Assembly: GCA_950097015.1 (NCBI GenBank)
Contig: CATNEN010000001.1
Span: forward strand, 11,656,001-11,720,000
DNA: 64,000 bases
Origin: Macrostomum hystrix
Taxonomy: Eukaryota; Animalia; Platyhelminthes
Direction: 5' to 3'
Below are positions 63,910 through 64,000 of this stretch, in pieces. Each line of letters starts with the position of its first letter. Within the stretch, counting starts at the first letter, position 1. Below the pieces are notes generated by a model that ran no database searches, was not told the DNA's origin, and was given only the letters and a program-made list of their open reading frames with translations. A program made the translations under genes and the position numbers.

Positions 63910-64000
63910 GAGAGGGGTGAGAAGAGGGGAGAGGAGAGGGGAGAGAAGAGAAAGAGGAGAGGGGTGAGAAGAGAAAGAGGAGAGGGGAGAGAAGAGAAAG
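63910..64000. repeat. GA-rich simple repeat running off the window
   Basis: gagaggggtgagaagagaaagag units. Confidence 0.9.

Overview
Eukaryotic (animal) genomic DNA with spliceosomal GT-AG genes. The GC-rich exons and minisatellite-filled introns suggest a free-living flatworm such as Macrostomum, but this is inference and unverified. 1-12.3 kb is a mobile-element mosaic: three diverged copies of a unit carrying a small orphan ORF, a 2.3-kb solo-LTR-like insertion, a DEDDh (REX4/ISG20-like) exonuclease gene, a Merlin (IS1595-like) DDE transposase and a 408-bp mini-Merlin with an 8-bp TSD. From 20.7 to 63.2 kb, exons can be joined by hand into a SPIDR homologue, two tandem RNF14-like RWD-RBR E3 ligases, a THEG-repeat protein, two ankyrin-repeat genes, two orphan single-ORF genes and an animal alpha-amylase. 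Two tRNA-derived SINE families, a hAT MITE and a decayed Gypsy RT are interspersed. Many of the larger introns hold their own unrelated minisatellite. The most striking is intron 3 of an ankyrin gene: 89 in-register 23-nt units that start exactly at the 5' splice site and mostly read GT...branchpoint-like...CAG, like an array of mini-introns or recursive splice sites. No CRISPR array, rRNA or bona fide tRNA gene was found.
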